A stretch of DNA of 63,307 nt, counting the filler, from Reticulomyxa filosa (taxonomy: Eukaryota > Protista > Foraminifera): assembly GCA_000512085.1 (NCBI GenBank). It is 19 parts of 19 records of this genome, joined end to end, with 100 filler letters (N's around TTAATTAATTAA, not from the genome) between each part and the next. Parts side by side here need not be neighbours in the genome. Positions count along the whole stretch, not along the records: positions 61,503 to 63,307 come from ASPP01007780.1; 18 more parts are not named here. One strand, written 5' to 3'. This document shows positions 63,226 through 63,307 of this stretch, in pieces. Positions within the stretch are counted from its first letter, which is position 1, and every line of letters begins with the position of its first letter. The notes under the pieces are model-generated. The model was not told where the DNA came from, did no database searches, and saw nothing but the letters and a program-made list of their open reading frames with translations. The translations under genes were made by a program, and so were the position numbers.

Positions 63226-63307
63226 CCTAAAAAAATTGAAAATAGCAATGACAAATTAATAAGTAATAAGTAATAATATATACATATATTATATATATAT
63301 ATATATA

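Overview
This is not a contiguous locus. It is 19 unrelated contigs joined by an artificial 100-bp spacer (N44-TTAATTAATTAA-N44), so gene adjacency across spacers is meaningless. Most contigs come from an AT-rich eukaryote with short GT-AG introns, long A/T homopolymers and many frameshifted genes. The style and gene families (WD40, NACHT, divergent kinesin, 7TM) suggest a foraminiferan such as Reticulomyxa, which is my inference. Recognisable host genes are AMPK beta, Cks1, G-beta, a PSMD9-like PDZ protein, an XK-like protein, an A1 aspartic protease, TOP2, OST3/6, a poly(A) polymerase-like relic, a 2OG-Fe(II) oxygenase, a CCDC77-like protein, a histidine phosphatase and an M1 aminopeptidase. 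Four contigs stand out. (1) 3343-5641 is betaproteobacterial: an AT-rich cassette (membrane protein + ImmA/IrrE protease + P4 beta-like protein) sits directly behind gyrB and is a candidate defence/TA module. (2) 21557-23755 carries decayed, intronless genes, including a giant-virus/T7-type SSB-like gene. (3) 53575-57994 is a CRE-clade non-LTR retrotransposon that appears fused behind an intronless kinesin motor. (4) 58916-61402 is an intronless, probably bacterial, TPR array. All family assignments come from motif recognition by eye; no searches were run.
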